From contig JAYWIR010000011.1 of NCBI GenBank assembly GCA_036172245.1, positions 3,038,001 to 3,102,000 on the forward strand: a DNA stretch of 64,000 nucleotides. Reading direction: 5' to 3'. This DNA is from Raillietiella orientalis (taxonomy: Eukaryota). Both the position numbers and the translations under genes were made by a program. Below, one piece after another: positions 22,900 through 37,070 of the stretch (positions are counted from its first letter, which is position 1; every line of letters starts with the position of its first letter). The notes below the pieces were generated by a model. That model was not told the origin of the DNA. It worked only from the letters and a program-made list of their open reading frames with translations, and did not search any database.

Positions 22900-24230
22900 T
22901 TTCCATCCCCACACGCCAGGGAGTTTCTTAAAATTCAAAATGAACTCCTATATTGTGGTAGGACACGAGGTCCTTCCACACTCCGTTTGTCCACGGACCT
23001 GACGAGTCGCCAGTACACAGAGTGGCGGGGGTCACCTCGACAGCGGGGGGGATGGGAGAAAACAAAAGGAAAAAGAAATAAAAATAATTGGAAGGGTTGG
23101 GAAGGGACCATTGTTCGCTGGAGGGAGTCCTCTGCATCCTTTCCAGGATGCCAGCTAGGTTCGTCCGAATAGGTCCCAGGTGGTCCATCTGGTCGCCATT
23201 CGCAAAAACCGAACAGCGAACTGGACGGTGTCCCGCCCGTTTCTTCCTCCTTTGGCTTCGCACCCGGTCGCCACAATCCCACGGATGCAGCAAATCGCTT
23301 CTGGGGTTACGATTGGCTTTAGGGCATCCTGCACAAAGAAGAACCGTAAAACATCCTTGAGGATGCCAACTGGGATCCGGAGGGTCGTTCCCAAATGTTC
23401 CCATAGGGGCCGGAAGGCAACACGGTCCACAAGCAGGTGCGGAGGAGACTCCCGTTCCCCGCAGCTGCGACAGTCCGGATTCGCACTCCCCAGCGTCCAG
23501 TGGTGTTGGCGTGCGTTGCAGGGAAGACCCCAGTGCAACAGCAGAAATGCCGGCTCCTGACACTTCAGTGGGAGGACGCTGCTGTTCTTGAGCACTGAAG
23601 GCTACTCCGGGTCTTCTCTAAGAATACCGAGCAGCTCGCCCCAAAACTGTAGTCCTCTTGGAAGGGTACTCGGGGTCGCAGTATCCGCCAGCTGCCCATG
23701 GTCCATCCACTCCTCAGCTTTCGCCTGCCTACGATCTCGCAGGAGACTTCCTACCTCGGTCTTTGGCTGTTACTAGGTGCCTCCTCCGGATGGGCACTCA
23801 TGCAGCGAGGTGGGTCCGCTCCGCCCACGCGCTCATGTTGGAACTCTCCAGGGTCTTTCGCAGAGAGCAGTGGGTGTGGATCCCGAGTCTCAGGCGGTTC
23901 CATGACCCCCAGCTGGACTCGTTCATCTTCGCCAACGTGGAAACGGTTTTTCCTCCAGCCAGGCTCCAGAGTTTGAGGGCAGCAGCCATCCAGCCGTTCT
24001 CCTTCTCCATGTTGGCCATGCGTCCGAGGAAGAGACTGCATCTTCTCACCTTCCGGTCGGGGCACGAAACGTAGGAGACAGTCCTTCCTTGCGGCATACA
24101 CGATGGCTTGCGAGGAGGAGCGCTGGAACGCACCAGGTGGCTCTACGATGCTTCTATGTGACGGCCATCGTTCATCATCGTAGCTGAACCTCCATCCGTT
24201 CCAGCGCCAGGAGACCGAGACCGCCGTCCC
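22900..24230 (-). mobile_element. 5'-truncated L1/Tx1-like LINE copy G
   Basis: CRSCGERESPPHLLVD, RDGGLGL at 5' end, family 3' UTR; imperfect TSD GGGAGGGA at 22885 and 24231. Confidence 0.85.
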
Positions 24231-24329
24231 GGGAGGGATTCCTCCTCCAGAAGGAACCCGCGTCGCCGCCGAAGGGCTCCCACAAAGAATGCTCACTGCC
24301 CGTCAGAAAGACCTTCTCTAAAGAAGGTG

Positions 24330-26100
24330 GTCAATGCATCCCAGGATGCTCTGGGGCGTGCGTCGGCTCAGTGGAACGGGGATTTTTCGAAGGCGGGAAC
24401 GCCGATCCTACCTCGGAGGAATGTCAAGGGGGAAAAGAGATCGGTCCCAGATTGTTTCTCGCTCACCCACTTTGATCTGAGGTCACGGAATGTGACTCAT
24501 TTGCGATTATTCTGCTTCCCAGTGATGCTGGGCTGCCCCCTCAACTTAGAAGGTCATCCTCTTCCCCGTTCCTGCGAGGACGAAGATCGCACGGTTCCTC
24601 TCGAAAAAGACCCAAGTTGGAGTGTCTCTTTTCAGATCGGGGATCACGAAGAGGAGGAGAGTGGTGCGAGGATGCAATCTAACAATCCTGTGTGATGGTT
24701 CCAGCCGCGTGATGTCGTGGCGCCGCATTGGTCGTCGTCTCGGCATCTTTTCGGACAGGAGGATCTGAGCTTCGAAGAGAGCCATGCACGGAGGGCACAA
24801 ATCCGCTTATCCCAGAGCCCGTTGAGCTTCCCGAGAGCTGGCGCTGAAGTGCAAGAGGCAGATGCCACAACCATCTCCCCGTAAGGCAGCGTGGTTTGTC
24901 CGATTAGCCATGCCGCACCTTCCTCACGGGAAAGCGGTGGCAGTGGAGTACCGGCAAGGCAGGAAGGAGATGATCTGTAAAATCGCAGGCTCCAGGAAGC
25001 TCCTTGGTAGCTGGTCGGCGACGCTGAGATCCCAAGTGCCAGTCATAGAGGGTCGACCACCCTGGGCAGATATTTAAATCCCGCCGGAAGACCCCGAGAT
25101 CCCTGCAGCTTTCGCAAACAACAGCTTCTCCCGACGTGGTGCAGCAGCACTCGCTGGTGAACGGCAGAGCTCGACGATGCTGCCGTTGCCACCGTGGTCT
25201 CCCTGGGCAACGCTCGCTTGTGCACGCCCTTGGTTAAAGGAGCTGAGGCTTTCTCAAAGCGTGGCTCAGTGGCACTGGGGAAGGGGGGGGTGCGTGGTTG
25301 CCACGGGAAATGCAAGCGGATGCGCCAGGAACGCCTTTGCCTCCTTCCATGGTGCTGTGTCGTTCAGTAGCGCTTCTCAGTGCGATCGCCTTCTTTAAGG
25401 GAGCCCTTCCCGTGAATGCGATTAAATCGCTGCTTGGTTCCCATCCCCACCCCCGCCGTACCAGCTGTCCCTGTAGGAGCATCTCGCAATGGCACTACCG
25501 TTCCAGACGGGTAATCCCTCAGGCGCGAGCACCGCAGTGCCACTTTCGAGCCGGACTCTCTGCTGCACCTGCTGGCGTGTCCGCTTGCATTGGCTGCGGA
25601 AGAGTCCTCCCAACCCAACACTGGGATGGCATCGGCGTGTCTCTTCCCATGCGAAAGAAAGTAAAAGAAAAATGGCCCGAAAGTGAGCGAGGCAGGGCTG
25701 GATGCGGCTTCCGAGTCGCATCCAGCCCTGAGAGCAGCCTCAGAGACCTCAGAGACTGCGGGGAGGCGGGGGATGTAAGGAGCAGGTTGGAGACGGTTCA
25801 GGATCGCTTCCGGAAGAAAAAGCGGAAATGGAATGCTTTTTGGCGAGCGCGCTGTTGCAGAGGGTTATGGACCGAAATCTCTCCCTCCTTCTGTCGGACT
25901 TTCGATTTCGCGGAACCTCGAACGCCTTCCGCGGAAGATTTTCGTTGATTCGGAGGCGGGACGGAGGGAGAGGAACATCCCGCCGTTGTTCTACACGCAG
26001 CAACAGCAGCATGTGCGATGCCCCCACTCCGTGCGGCGGACGCAGCTTCCGTGTTGCACCGGGTGACTCACTCGCCTTCGCTTTGATCTCAGGCAAAAGG
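24330..26100 (-). mobile_element. Heavily decayed Ty3/gypsy-like pol fragment
   Basis: PPPSPVPLSHALR, SSAVHQ and GFKYLP(Q)G-like remnants in RT order; weak, boundaries approximate. Confidence 0.35.
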
Positions 26101-29100
26101 ACGAGGAGCGACGGACGAGGAGAAGCAGCTGCCGGCGGGTGGAACGGGAAGACAGTCGTTGCGAGCCCTCCGCGAAGAGGATCCATTGCACCACCACCGG
26201 GGAGCAACGCACCAGATCCGCGACGCCAAAACAAGGGGGAGGGGAGTGGCCACTCCTCCTCGCTCTCCCTCCTACTCCCCTCCTTGCGAGGGAGCCAAGA
26301 GACGGGCGGGCAGTTATTGCACAGGAGCCTTTCAGGCTTCCGATTATCTTATCTTCACATAAAGGAGGAGGCGGAGGACCGGAGATCACACCCAGCTTCA
26401 GCCTTGTCTCGGCGACGCGGCACGCAAAGCGGAACCGGCAGAATGGGCGCGATCCTTTCTTGCGGGGCGGCTCTCTGAATGGAGGAGGGAGGGGGGGGGG
26501 GACTGTCTCGCTGCTGCCGGGGCGCGCGCACGGAGAGGAGAGAGGCGGCGTCGCGGTACTCGGACTCGCGGATCACCCCGCTGCGTTCCTCAACCTTGAC
26601 AGGGCGGGCGCAGCAGCTCTTTTCACGCCTGTTTTCGCGGCTCTCCGGCCGACCGGGTTCGGCAATGACCTTGGGAGGGACGCGGGGCCGCGCGCGCGAA
26701 CCGGTTTCCAGTCAGCCGGCGATCGCAGCAGCAGTAACAGCAGCCGTGCCCTGCCCTGCCCTGCCCTGAGCACCGCGCCAGATCCTCTCGAAAGGCAGTC
26801 GAAGAGCACGCGCGGGTGGAATCCCTGTGGAGGCACGGGAACGCGCCGTCCTTTTCGGGAGTGTTGGAGCGAGCGACGCCTCGGGAAGAGGAGGAGGGGG
26901 AGGGACACCCGCGCACGCATGCGCTCACGCACAACGACAAAAAAAAAAAAAGAAGGAAAACCCTCTCCTCTTGTTCCCCCCCTCCCTGCCGCGTCGGAAG
27001 AGGAGGCGTTCGAGATGGAGCCGAGGCAAGCAGCCTGAGCGCGCGCGTGCTCTTCGCCAGCATCTCACCTCTCCAGGCAGAGCCTCCGTCGCGGAAGAGG
27101 GAAATGCGCTGGTGACGCGCCGCCACCACCCGAAGCAGCAGAGAGCCGACAGGTAGCCATGCACTTTGTCACTTTGATTTTCGCGCCGTGCCCTTCTTTG
27201 TCTTCTCCCCTCTCCCCCCCTTCTCCCTCCCTCTCTCTCTCTCTTTTTTTTTTTAAAAAAAAAAAAATCCCCGAGAGCACCACCAGCATGTTAATGGGAT
27301 GCGTTTCCAATGGTTAGGTCTCCACGGATGACGCGCATGTCAGTTCATGGAAAGTGTCGCTGTTTGCTGGAAGAACGCCGTCAGCAGGAGCGTTGCGGGA
27401 TGGCTCGCACCCAGGTTGGTTGCATGACTGTTACGTGGGGACTGGAGGGTGAGGGGGGTCCTCGCCGCTTCCTGAGCGCGGCTCCCGGTCGCTGACTCGA
27501 CGTTCTCCTTGCTTTGGTCATCGGAGTGAAGGAGGAGGAGGGAACGGCTGGGTCCTTCTCGCGCGCGCATGGGGGGGAGCCCGGCACGATCGGAAACGCG
27601 CGCGCATTCACCCTTCGTTCCTCTTGTTCCCTCCGTCTGCAATACCGCAGAAGCGGGATCTCTTATGCCTGTTAGTGTCCAGGGGCTCCCCCAAAACGTT
27701 CGGGGGAGGGGGTGGGGGAGAGGAGAAACGAAGAAGCGAGACGGGAAGTTTCTCAGGTCCCCGTCGCTTTACCTCGGAGGACGGACGACGCCTTGCACAG
27801 CAAAGGTCTTGCGGGGTAGGGAAGGTATCCCTTTCGTTCTCAGGGTACTACGGCCTCGTTTCGTTGGGTGGGGATTTCCGGTTTTCCCTCCGGAAACGGG
27901 TCAACCGAAGGCCATCCCAGCGTGTGCTCGCGACCCCTCTGACACGACGGACGCCGAGAGGAAAAGATGAAGTAGCCTATCCTCCGTCTCTAAGTCGAGT
28001 CATCGAATGTAAATCACCGATTTTCTATTTTTATTTTTTACGTTACGATCCAAAGCCGTCCTCACCAAAATGCCTGGCAACCCTGACGTCCAATCACCAC
28101 CAACCGAAAACGCGTCCTCTCGCTCTGTACAGCGGCGCAGCGATGCTTGCGCTAATCAGCAGAAGATATCCCTTTCTCCACCCCCTTGCGTATGTGGTGA
28201 GCGCGAGGGCGCGTTCGCTCCATCCTCGAACTCCCCTCCACCGAGAGAAGCAGAAAAATCCAAGCGGGGGAGGAGGAAAAGCCGCCGCCATCTTCCGCGG
28301 CTTCCCATTTGGGATTTCAATCGAGACACGGGATTCGTCGGCAATGCCGACCACCGACCGACTCGCGCGTAGCTCTCTCCCTCTCTCGCGCGCTCTTGTG
28401 GTTCACTCGAAACCTGGAATGCGCTGACTTGCAGCCGAAGGGACGGGAGGCGCGCGCCGCCCGATAGAATGGTCCGTTGCGAGGGTCCGCAACGGATGCG
28501 GCGCCCCGAACCTGGCGCCCCGGGAAGAGAACAATGCAGCATCCTCCGAAACCGCCGCGCCTCTTTTGTTCTCTTCGCGGCCGACGGATCCACCGCGGTC
28601 GTGAGAAAGCGCGCGCGAACCCCTCGAGACGAGGACGAGGACGAGGAGGGGACAAAGAAGGCAAGGAAGAGGGACGTCCAAGTCGGCGCGCCGCGTGGTG
28701 AAGTGCGCCGAGACGCAGCTGCGCCCCACCGCGTTTCCGGATCGCTGGCCGTGTTGACGGCAGCTCTCCAGCCGAGGTACGCGCTAACCTTCAATGCGTT
28801 GCGTGAAACCACTGCTGCGGCTTCCTCTGGAAACGATGTACTCGGCTGATAGCACGCAAGCCTTCCAGGCAGAGAGAATAGCGACAGGTTCTTATCGAGA
28901 AGGTTTTTTTTTTTTGTGTGTGTGTGTTATCAATGGCTGGCGTGGTGGTAGGGTCAGTGCACAAATATGTTTGCGTCCCCTGATAAGCCAGCAGACTCCG
29001 CGACAGGAAACGTTTCAGAAGTGTTGAAGAGAGGGAGGGAGACGTGAGCAAACCTCAGACTCTCTTGTTTGTCCTGCCTGCAACGCAAGGCCGTGTTTCG

Positions 29101-32100
29101 AAGGACAGAGGGTCCCCTGTCTACCACCGCACCTTTATCCTTTTGCTGCATCCAGAAGGGAAAACAGCTTAGCTTTCAAGTGGAACTTCTGCGAACGCCC
29201 AGAAGAATGTCAGGTATCGACAAGTTGGATGTGCTGGAATTCGGCAAGAGGAACGGATGTCGAAACGAGGAACTGCTGTGAAGGACGCTATGAGGAAAGA
29301 AAAGAAAAATGGAACCAAAAAGGAAGCCTCGCATTAAAGTTCGTTTTGCAATTATGTAATCTTCCAAAAGAGCATCACTTGATTGCGCACAAATTCAATT
29401 CAGTCGGAAGGAAAAACGAGCGCATCTAAAACCACTGCAACGGGATGAAATGCGTGCCAACGGGCAAAGAGTCCTCAAGTTTCCATCAGGTGTAGGAGCT
29501 CAGTTGCCAGTTTCACACACCTCAGCAGATAGTCTGCGGCATTGAAGATTTGCACAGCAGTGTGTACCTTTTTTTTTTTTTTCAATGAAGTAAATGAAGG
29601 GTTATTAGGACAGGCATGGAGAATTTCGTTATTAGAACACGTCATTAGAACATCCATCATCCTGGGAAAATTCTTTCTTCTTGGATTTATCCTTTTGATT
29701 AGGTCCTACGAAGTTTCACAAGACAACTGCAATCGTCAAGTTTGCAATTTTCGAACTTCTGGTGTCAGCCTGATTCCTGATGTTGCAGCAGTACATAACG
29801 ATGCATGAAACTCTTAAACATGAATAGCAAACCTGCGGGCACGCATGTATGGGAGAGGGGGATTCTAATCCCGAACGGCGAGCAAGCTTTTTTGGGGAAA
29901 GAAATTGATGGAAATTTAAATGTTTCCGTTCTTGCCCTGCGCCTCCTGAGATGTAAATAACTCCGGTAGAAGCATCCAGCCCTTTTGCTGAGGAGAAAAC
30001 CTTCAGTCACATTTCATCTGCATCTGCTGTTGTTGAGGGATCTGTTTCCTCCCGACTGCTAGATGTGAACCCTCGTTTAGCGCTCTGCCATAAGAGACAT
30101 CAGAAGAGCTCCCAATTTTCCTCTATGACGCTTCCTCTGTGCGCGCGCATCCTCTCGGTCACCACGAGTTCACGATGACTTCCTTGGCCAGGCTGTTGTC
30201 TGGGCCGATAAACCCCTGCCTGTAACTGAGGGAAATCCCCTCTAGCAGCGGGGGATTCCGATGACCCATGGCGGCAACAGTCTTCCAACTGCTGTTGTTG
30301 CACCAGGCTCTCTGGACGTAGTCATCTGTCCAGCAGTGGATAACAGTGGACCTTGTAACACTTATTCGGCCTCAGCTGCGTTAAATAGAATAACATCTTG
30401 CCATTGCTGAAACACTAATGTTTGTTGTGCAAAGGCTGCAGGAAAAGATTCAGACCATAACCAACTCCCATCGCCCGCGTAACCGCGAAATCGGATACAA
30501 TTTTGCCCTGAGAAAATAGCCAAATGAGACAGCGCGTTCTGCTTCCCATGTAATTTCTTTTCGGCTGGTTAGGAAACCGGGTTCGGCTGGAAATCTCCGA
30601 CCCGGAACGATCAAAATACATGCATTTATTATACATATATTTATAATCTTTATAGTATAGATTAATCTATATATCAATCTATAGATAAATATTCCTGTTA
30701 ATATACAGAATAAACCTACGTTCGGGATTTTGATTGGCAGCGAAGAAGCCGTGCTTCCTGCTTGTTTTCGGAAACCTCGAAGCTGTTGACCAGGGCGGGT
30801 CGCTGTTTCGAAGGAGCACCGAAACCTCAGGATGCGGTTCCAAGGGGAATCCCAGCTGGTGCCAGCAGTGGGCTTCAGACGCAGTGAGGAGTGCGATCCA
30901 AGACCAGATATACCCCGTGAAGGGATGGACGTCAGCCTCTTCACATGAATCCCTGAAGAGATCGGAACTGAAGGTGCTGAAAGGAACGGGTCTCCATGGA
31001 CTCAACTGGATGACCTCATCTTGGAATGATTTATCGTTCACTCGTCGATGGTGGAATGTCGCTGACTAGTAGTGAAGTCGTTGACTGGTGAACGTAGGCA
31101 CGTGGATGGACCGCTGACATGAAAGCGAAATTCCACGCCTCGGATGCGGATGGCGATCGATCAGATGCGGAGCTTGAGGTCGTTGAACAGGCAGAACTTC
31201 GGCAACATTGAATGACAGAAACATTGATCGCACCAAACTGATAAATTGGGAAACTGGATTTTCTGAGGGTGGCTGACTCTTGAAAGAAGACTCGAAACGG
31301 GGCAACGCATCATGAGCAAAGGGCAGAGTGGAGTGGCGCTGCCCGATGGACGCCTCGAACAAGGCTCAACAGTGGCCGGTTTAAGAAGAAGAACAAGAAA
31401 CCTATCGAATCTCCGGAAGACAAGGTTGGTTGGATTTCGGATTCGCCAGGAGTTATGCGTGTAAACCCGATGGGCAGTGGTTTGGAGACCCAGGGTATCA
31501 CAGGCATGCTAAATCCCGGAGCTTTGGCAACCCGGCTGTTGCCAAAGCCAGATCCACTTCCCAAGCTCGCGACCAGAACCACGAATGGATGGAGAGACGA
31601 GACGAAAGAAACGCTGCGCAAAGCGCGCGCTTTTGTGGCCGTCGCTACGAGCTTGCTCGCGAGCAATGCCGTTACTGGTCGCATGGAATCGATCCTTGGC
31701 AACCGAGACTGGATGGCTGAAGACCGCAGAGAAATTATCCTTCTGTTCGAGTGATATGCAGCAGTTTCGGCTTGGCGTTCGCTCGCTACAATCCGGCTTT
31801 TCTGGTCATCGCCACTGTCCAACACGTTAGGCGTTCTTGTCTTGAGAAAAAAGCTGAACGGAGGCTCCGGGATGCCTCTCTGCCAGAGGTGATGAAGCGA
31901 GAAGACCCGCCGAAGAATATCTTCGGCAGCAACCCATACCGCCAAAGTTTGTGGAAGTGCAGCAAGAAACGAAACGCATGGTGAGTGACGATGAGAGCTC
32001 AGAATGCATTCAGGTATTCACGTGATGGTGCGGTGAAGACGTGTAAGGGCGCTTCTCGCCTGGTTCCCTTGGATCAGGAGCACCTTGGAACGGAGAACTG

Positions 32101-32689
32101 TGCCTTGAGCTGCGTTCTGGTTTCCCTTTCTCTTTCACGCCATCATCTTCTTCCGGTCTTCCAACGGAGGCGGAAAAGAGCTCACACGAGCGAAATGGAA
32201 ACCTTGGTCAGAACTATTGAATCACAAGAGAGAATTTTTCAACGAACCGGATGCTGCATCCGGCGACGAGCCACGTCACAGGGGAGGAAGCAGCTCCAGC
32301 GAGCCTCTGAGACAAATGATACCAGATGAGACGCGCGTGTACAAGAGTTGCCAGAGTCTACCAACACCAAGCAATCATCCGCGAAGAAATCAGATCGCCT
32401 ATCCACTGGGAAAGGGGAGCGGTGCCCGCCGAGACTTCCTTGATTGCACCAACGACCTTGTTGGGAATCCGAAAGGCTGCAGCAGCAGCGATCTCTCGCT
32501 GAAGTAGCTCTCCGAACCGGTGACTGCATCACATCCCGCGCTTGATTTGACTAGTTACGTTCAGATGGTGCTGCTGAGATGCGCGACGTGCGAGCTGACC
32601 GCCCTTGATGCTTGCCTCGGGGAAGCTTTTCACTTTCCGTTTTCCCTGTTCCGTGACACAGAAAGCTCGAATGTCATCTCGGGGTCAAC

Positions 32690-33270
32690 TCTTCGGTTTA
32701 GAGGGCTACCCCGGAGGGAACTTCCCACGAATCCAGGAAGGCGACGTAGGAAGGACCTTGTTCCTCTTACGCTTGGGAGGAAACCCGAAGGGAATCTTTC
32801 CCTTTTTCCCTCCGGAGGGACCCCCAGAGGAGGACCACTCCTTCTCCGGAGGGCACCTGCAAGGGAACCACTCTTGGTTTCCCCCTCCTCTGAAGAGAAC
32901 CCCGAAGGAAGCAGCACGTTTGTTGACGCTCTGGAGAAGTATCAATCCTCCAGCTCCATTGTACGCGATGGAAGATCCCCTTCGAGGAAGGGACAGCTCC
33001 ATTTTCGCAACCGTAGGGGACTGCTGAATAAAACCGGTTCTCCATGATTCCTGGAAGAACCCCTCGAGGGTGTCGACTTCCAATCCCGGTCAGTCAACGA
33101 GGCATCCGGATCCCGGCTGCTTCCACCAGTGCCGCATCCGAGGCTCGTGGGCCAACCAGCGTCATCCTGCAGGAGGGGGAGGGTACTCGAAACCCACGAC
33201 GCGCCCCCTCGTTCTCGGTGCCGATCCTTCCCCGGGCGGGATTCGAACCCGCGACGATTGGTACCACGTG
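32690..33270 (-). mobile_element. tRNA-derived SINE with two B-boxes, copy 3
   Basis: GGTTCGAATCCC and GGTTTCGAGTACC motifs, GGGATTGGAAGTCGAC core and tandem subrepeats. Confidence 0.75.
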
Positions 33271-35593
33271 CAGAGGCCATGTCGTTCATGACATCTTGGT
33301 ATTTTCCTCGCTGTCCTTTAGAAGTAACGTCGCGGGCGCCTTTGGACATGACCAGAGAGTGGCCTTCCTGGAGGAAGGAATTGGAGGGCATGTAGTGGTG
33401 AGACTGGGCAGCCGAGCACGACACGGGCGTGCCAATCGACCGGCAAGACCCGGTCTGGCCAACTAGCACAGCCCTCGGTGGGCCACGCCGAGAGAAGGGG
33501 CTGAGCGTAACGAGAAACCACACTTGCAGCCTGCTCTCGGCCCGCGGACCCGCAGATAGTTTCCCGGGGGACATCCCTCCCTCCCTCCTCCTCTCGCAGC
33601 ATTTCGTCAGGATCATCACCCGCATGAGTTGACTCCACTTTCACGAGTTCCGATTTGGTGGATCCGGCGAAGGAGGAGCTCCCTGCCGAACTTGGGATTC
33701 CTTTGGCTTGCGTCATTGCCACCACACCACACCACTCGGCTGACCTTCAGCTCGCACCTGCTTGAGCTCGAGTGGTGGCGCAAGGTATCTTGGTGGAAAA
33801 TCTCACTGGTGAGCTCTGCGCAGCTCCACGCGGGATCGGTGGATTTCCCTCGTCCTCTTTCCCAGGCGGGCGATTACAAACAGACCGAATGCCCGGAGGC
33901 ATCCGTATAACAGAATCAAGATGGCGATGCCGGCGTTTCGTGCTTCGAGCACGTCTCCGCTATCCTCTCCCGCTTTGCTCGGGGCCCCGTGGCCAGTTCG
34001 CGAACGAGATCCAGTGCGAACAACCCGAGGCGAGTCACCTTCTGCCTCTAGGTAAACAGATCCGCGCGGAGTGCCACGGATACACTGGAGCCTTCGCCAA
34101 CAGGAAACACGTCCCCAGAACACAGCTGCAGTGCACGCGAGGGCACGACGACCTTCCTGCCACGGTCCGAAGACTTTCTGAATGAGCTGACGAGAAGCCA
34201 GCTGAGGTTCCAAACTCTTCGAAGGGGAGCAGGGTCGGAAGGAAGTGAAAGCGCCTGAAGACTCGCAAGGAACACTTCAGACAATTGGATCCTGCAGTGC
34301 GCTTTTTTGCATCGAATGCCTCATGCTGAGAGGAACCATGTGAAATCTGGACTTGGTCTCTTGGACGACTAATTGGTGTTTCTCTCCCGCCGATGATGGA
34401 AAGATCATTTCGAGTCATCTCATCCGGCATCTGGCACTTTTTCTTCTTAGCCTTCTTTGTTAACCGGCCCTCAGCAGCGGGTCGGTTGACAAAGATGTTC
34501 CTTTGGTTGTAGACTCTTGCTCCGTTGGAATTCCCTGACCCTCTAACCAGCACCACCACCAAAGCGATTGTCCTGCGAAACCAACTCTTTTCTCATTGAG
34601 GAGCCTCCAGCAAGGTGCAGGCAACTCGATCTCACCTCGTTCCTCCGAGCCAGGAGATACCGACGGGAACACCTGGTGGCAACGTGAAGAGCGGTCGAGT
34701 GCCGGAGACGGAACAGATCCTGCATCACCTCGCGTGGAAGAGGAAGGTGGCTATCGAAAGAGACATTTCCGCCTGAAGCACCCTCCAGGAAATCACGGCA
34801 AGACCCGAGCAACCATTCTCTGAGCCCTGAAACCTGGACGGGAGCCTGGAGATGCCGTAGCGCGCGCCGTAGGGCATCCGAATGAATGCGCCAACCTTCG
34901 GGAAATCCGCGCACTCTGGAAAAGCGAAAGAAAACCGAAGCCGCCGCCAAGCTCGGAAGATGAAAACTTGCTCGCGGATAAACCCCTGTCGTCTCGCAAA
35001 GCACAACTTTGCGTAATGCGCAAGGTACACTGTGAAGGGGGACTCCAGCGTTTCCTGTGAAAAAAAGGCTTAGCAACCGTGGCGCGGAACTCGTACCAAG
35101 GTCTGAACTTCCCCAAGAGCAACCGTAGTGTTTTCCTGTCGAATCGTGTGCGGAAGGAAAGAGGTTTAGGGTGTAAGTGTGCTCCGATCCGATAGAAACG
35201 CTTTTGCACTGACTCTATACAAAAAGGAATTTCATACACTAACTCAAATTGTATACAAAAGGTGAATTACAACAAGCGTGAGATGGAGGGAGGGGGAGGG
35301 ATGCGATTTCCCAGATGCGCAAAAACGTGCTCCAGTTTTGATCCATCATCCGTCTCCCGAAATCTGTTTCTGAAGCAGGAACGGACTTTTTCTCAGTGTA
35401 CAAGTATGAGGATGTATATTCTTCCAAACACCACTCGATTGCCACGTTTTGGCTCGAAAGCTCTCGTAATCCGAGTATGTTCCATTCATTCTCTTCAACA
35501 GATTCTTTTTTGGCTGCCGGTAGCAATGAAGCTGCTCCCAAGAGCTGTGACGAAAAGCACGGAATAATGTTCACACATTCCGATCAGTAGGTA

Positions 35594-36522
35594 CAGGTAG
35601 TCCTCGACCTACGACGGGCCCCAACGTCTCCGCCGTAAGTCGGTTCTGACACGTCAAGTCGGGGACTTTCTCTTCCCATCCTGATTCCTATTTTGACATT
35701 TTCATGACGGGTTTTCAAATCAAATTAAAATGGCTGAAAAATGCATAGACATTTATGAATTATTTATTGGTGTGTATGTAAATACACAAATGTATAAAAT
35801 TAAGAGAGAAAAATTTAAAGGAAAAACACATACGCATATAGGAACGGAAAACTTATTAGCGGCGTTTAATTAAACGATTTTTCAATAGGAACGATACGAT
35901 TATTTTTCGCAAGCGGGGAGTAGTAGTTTTTTTGAATCAAAAGATTAGTCGGTGTTCTCTGTTAGTGTTTTTTTCTTTCTCCCCTCCCACCTCTCTCCCT
36001 CTATATATTTCGCGACGGCATCTGATTGCTTCCCGAATTTGTCTTTTCGACTTTGGGGAAGAGAAGAAAATGTCCTGATCCGTATTTTCGAGTAGCTGAA
36101 GTCCTTGATTTCGTTTAGGAAATGCTTCAGCTCATGCTTTTGCAGCAAATTTTTTTAAGGATTTCTCCTTTTCTTCTTTTTCGTCACCTCTTTCTTCTTC
36201 TTCAAGTGGTCAGAAACCAGTCTGGAAATCTATCAATTCTTGATCGGCAAGTTCACACCTCTACCAATTCCATGTCGGGCATCTCGAGTCCTAGATCCAG
36301 CTTTCTTGCAATTTTCGTGATCTCTTCACCGATCTGTTCTAACGTGCTATTGTACTCTTTGAGTGTCTGCTGTGGCAGCAGCTCTTCCCAAGTTCCTCTC
36401 GGCATGTGCGGCTCCGATAGGTCCTTCCATGGAGTTCCAATGTTCGTGGATACTTTGGTCAAGTTAGAGAACTGACCCTCGTCTAAGTGCGGATCGTCGT
36501 AAGTCGAGGACTGTTTTTCCTG
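35594..36522 (-). mobile_element. Internally deleted pogo/Tigger-like DNA transposon with TIRs
   Basis: TA+CAGGTAGTCCTCGACCTACGAC on left; GTCGTAAGTCGAGGACT...CCTG at 36496-36522; EEITKIARKLDL resembles Tigger C-terminus. Confidence 0.7.
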
Positions 36523-36529
36523 CACTTTC

Positions 36530-37070
36530 TTTTCACCTCCGTCCTTCCGAATGGATTTCTCGAAGATAGGATAGATTTCACGTCTCTTTCCGGTTGATAC
36601 TTTTGGCGGCTTTCAGGTGCTTCTGCAGAGCCATCCGATCGTTCCACCGGTGCGCCATGCTGATTGAGTTTTCAAGGCCACTATTCTGCCTATTTAAGAT
36701 GGCACCACATTCATCGGTCGCTGTGAAATCGAATAAGGGCACCAGGATCTTCAGTAGAAACATGCCTTAATCAGTTCTTAACGATGGCCGTTAACTCTGC
36801 GACCCACGGGGTCACTGATAGTCGCTGTCGACAAGATCCTGGGATAAGCGCTGCAATTTCTGATTCTGCAAGAGCATAACCTGCAACCAAAGGTCAAAAA
36901 CGAAAGGGTTTCCGACCGTTTTGCATACAGCATATACATGATGGGAAGCAGTAGCTTTCGAAAGTGTCTGGAACATTAATGACCCATTGCTAATTTCAAG
37001 TACCAACCACTGTCCAAATGCCTCTTGTAAATCTGCAAACGTCACCATGTTTGAAACCTTAATCATTTTT
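36530..37070 (-). mobile_element. pogo/CENP-B-like transposase remnant
   Basis: DLQEAFGQW...SKA resembles the CENP-B-type HTH; many stops. Confidence 0.35.

Noticed and set aside
28074..28085. CTGGCAACCCTG transposon-terminus-like motif
   Set aside because: No partner terminus or TSD found
26139..28850. Long ORFs of 200-300 aa
   Set aside because: Arg/Pro/Gly-rich frames typical of GC-rich non-coding DNA; no motifs recognised
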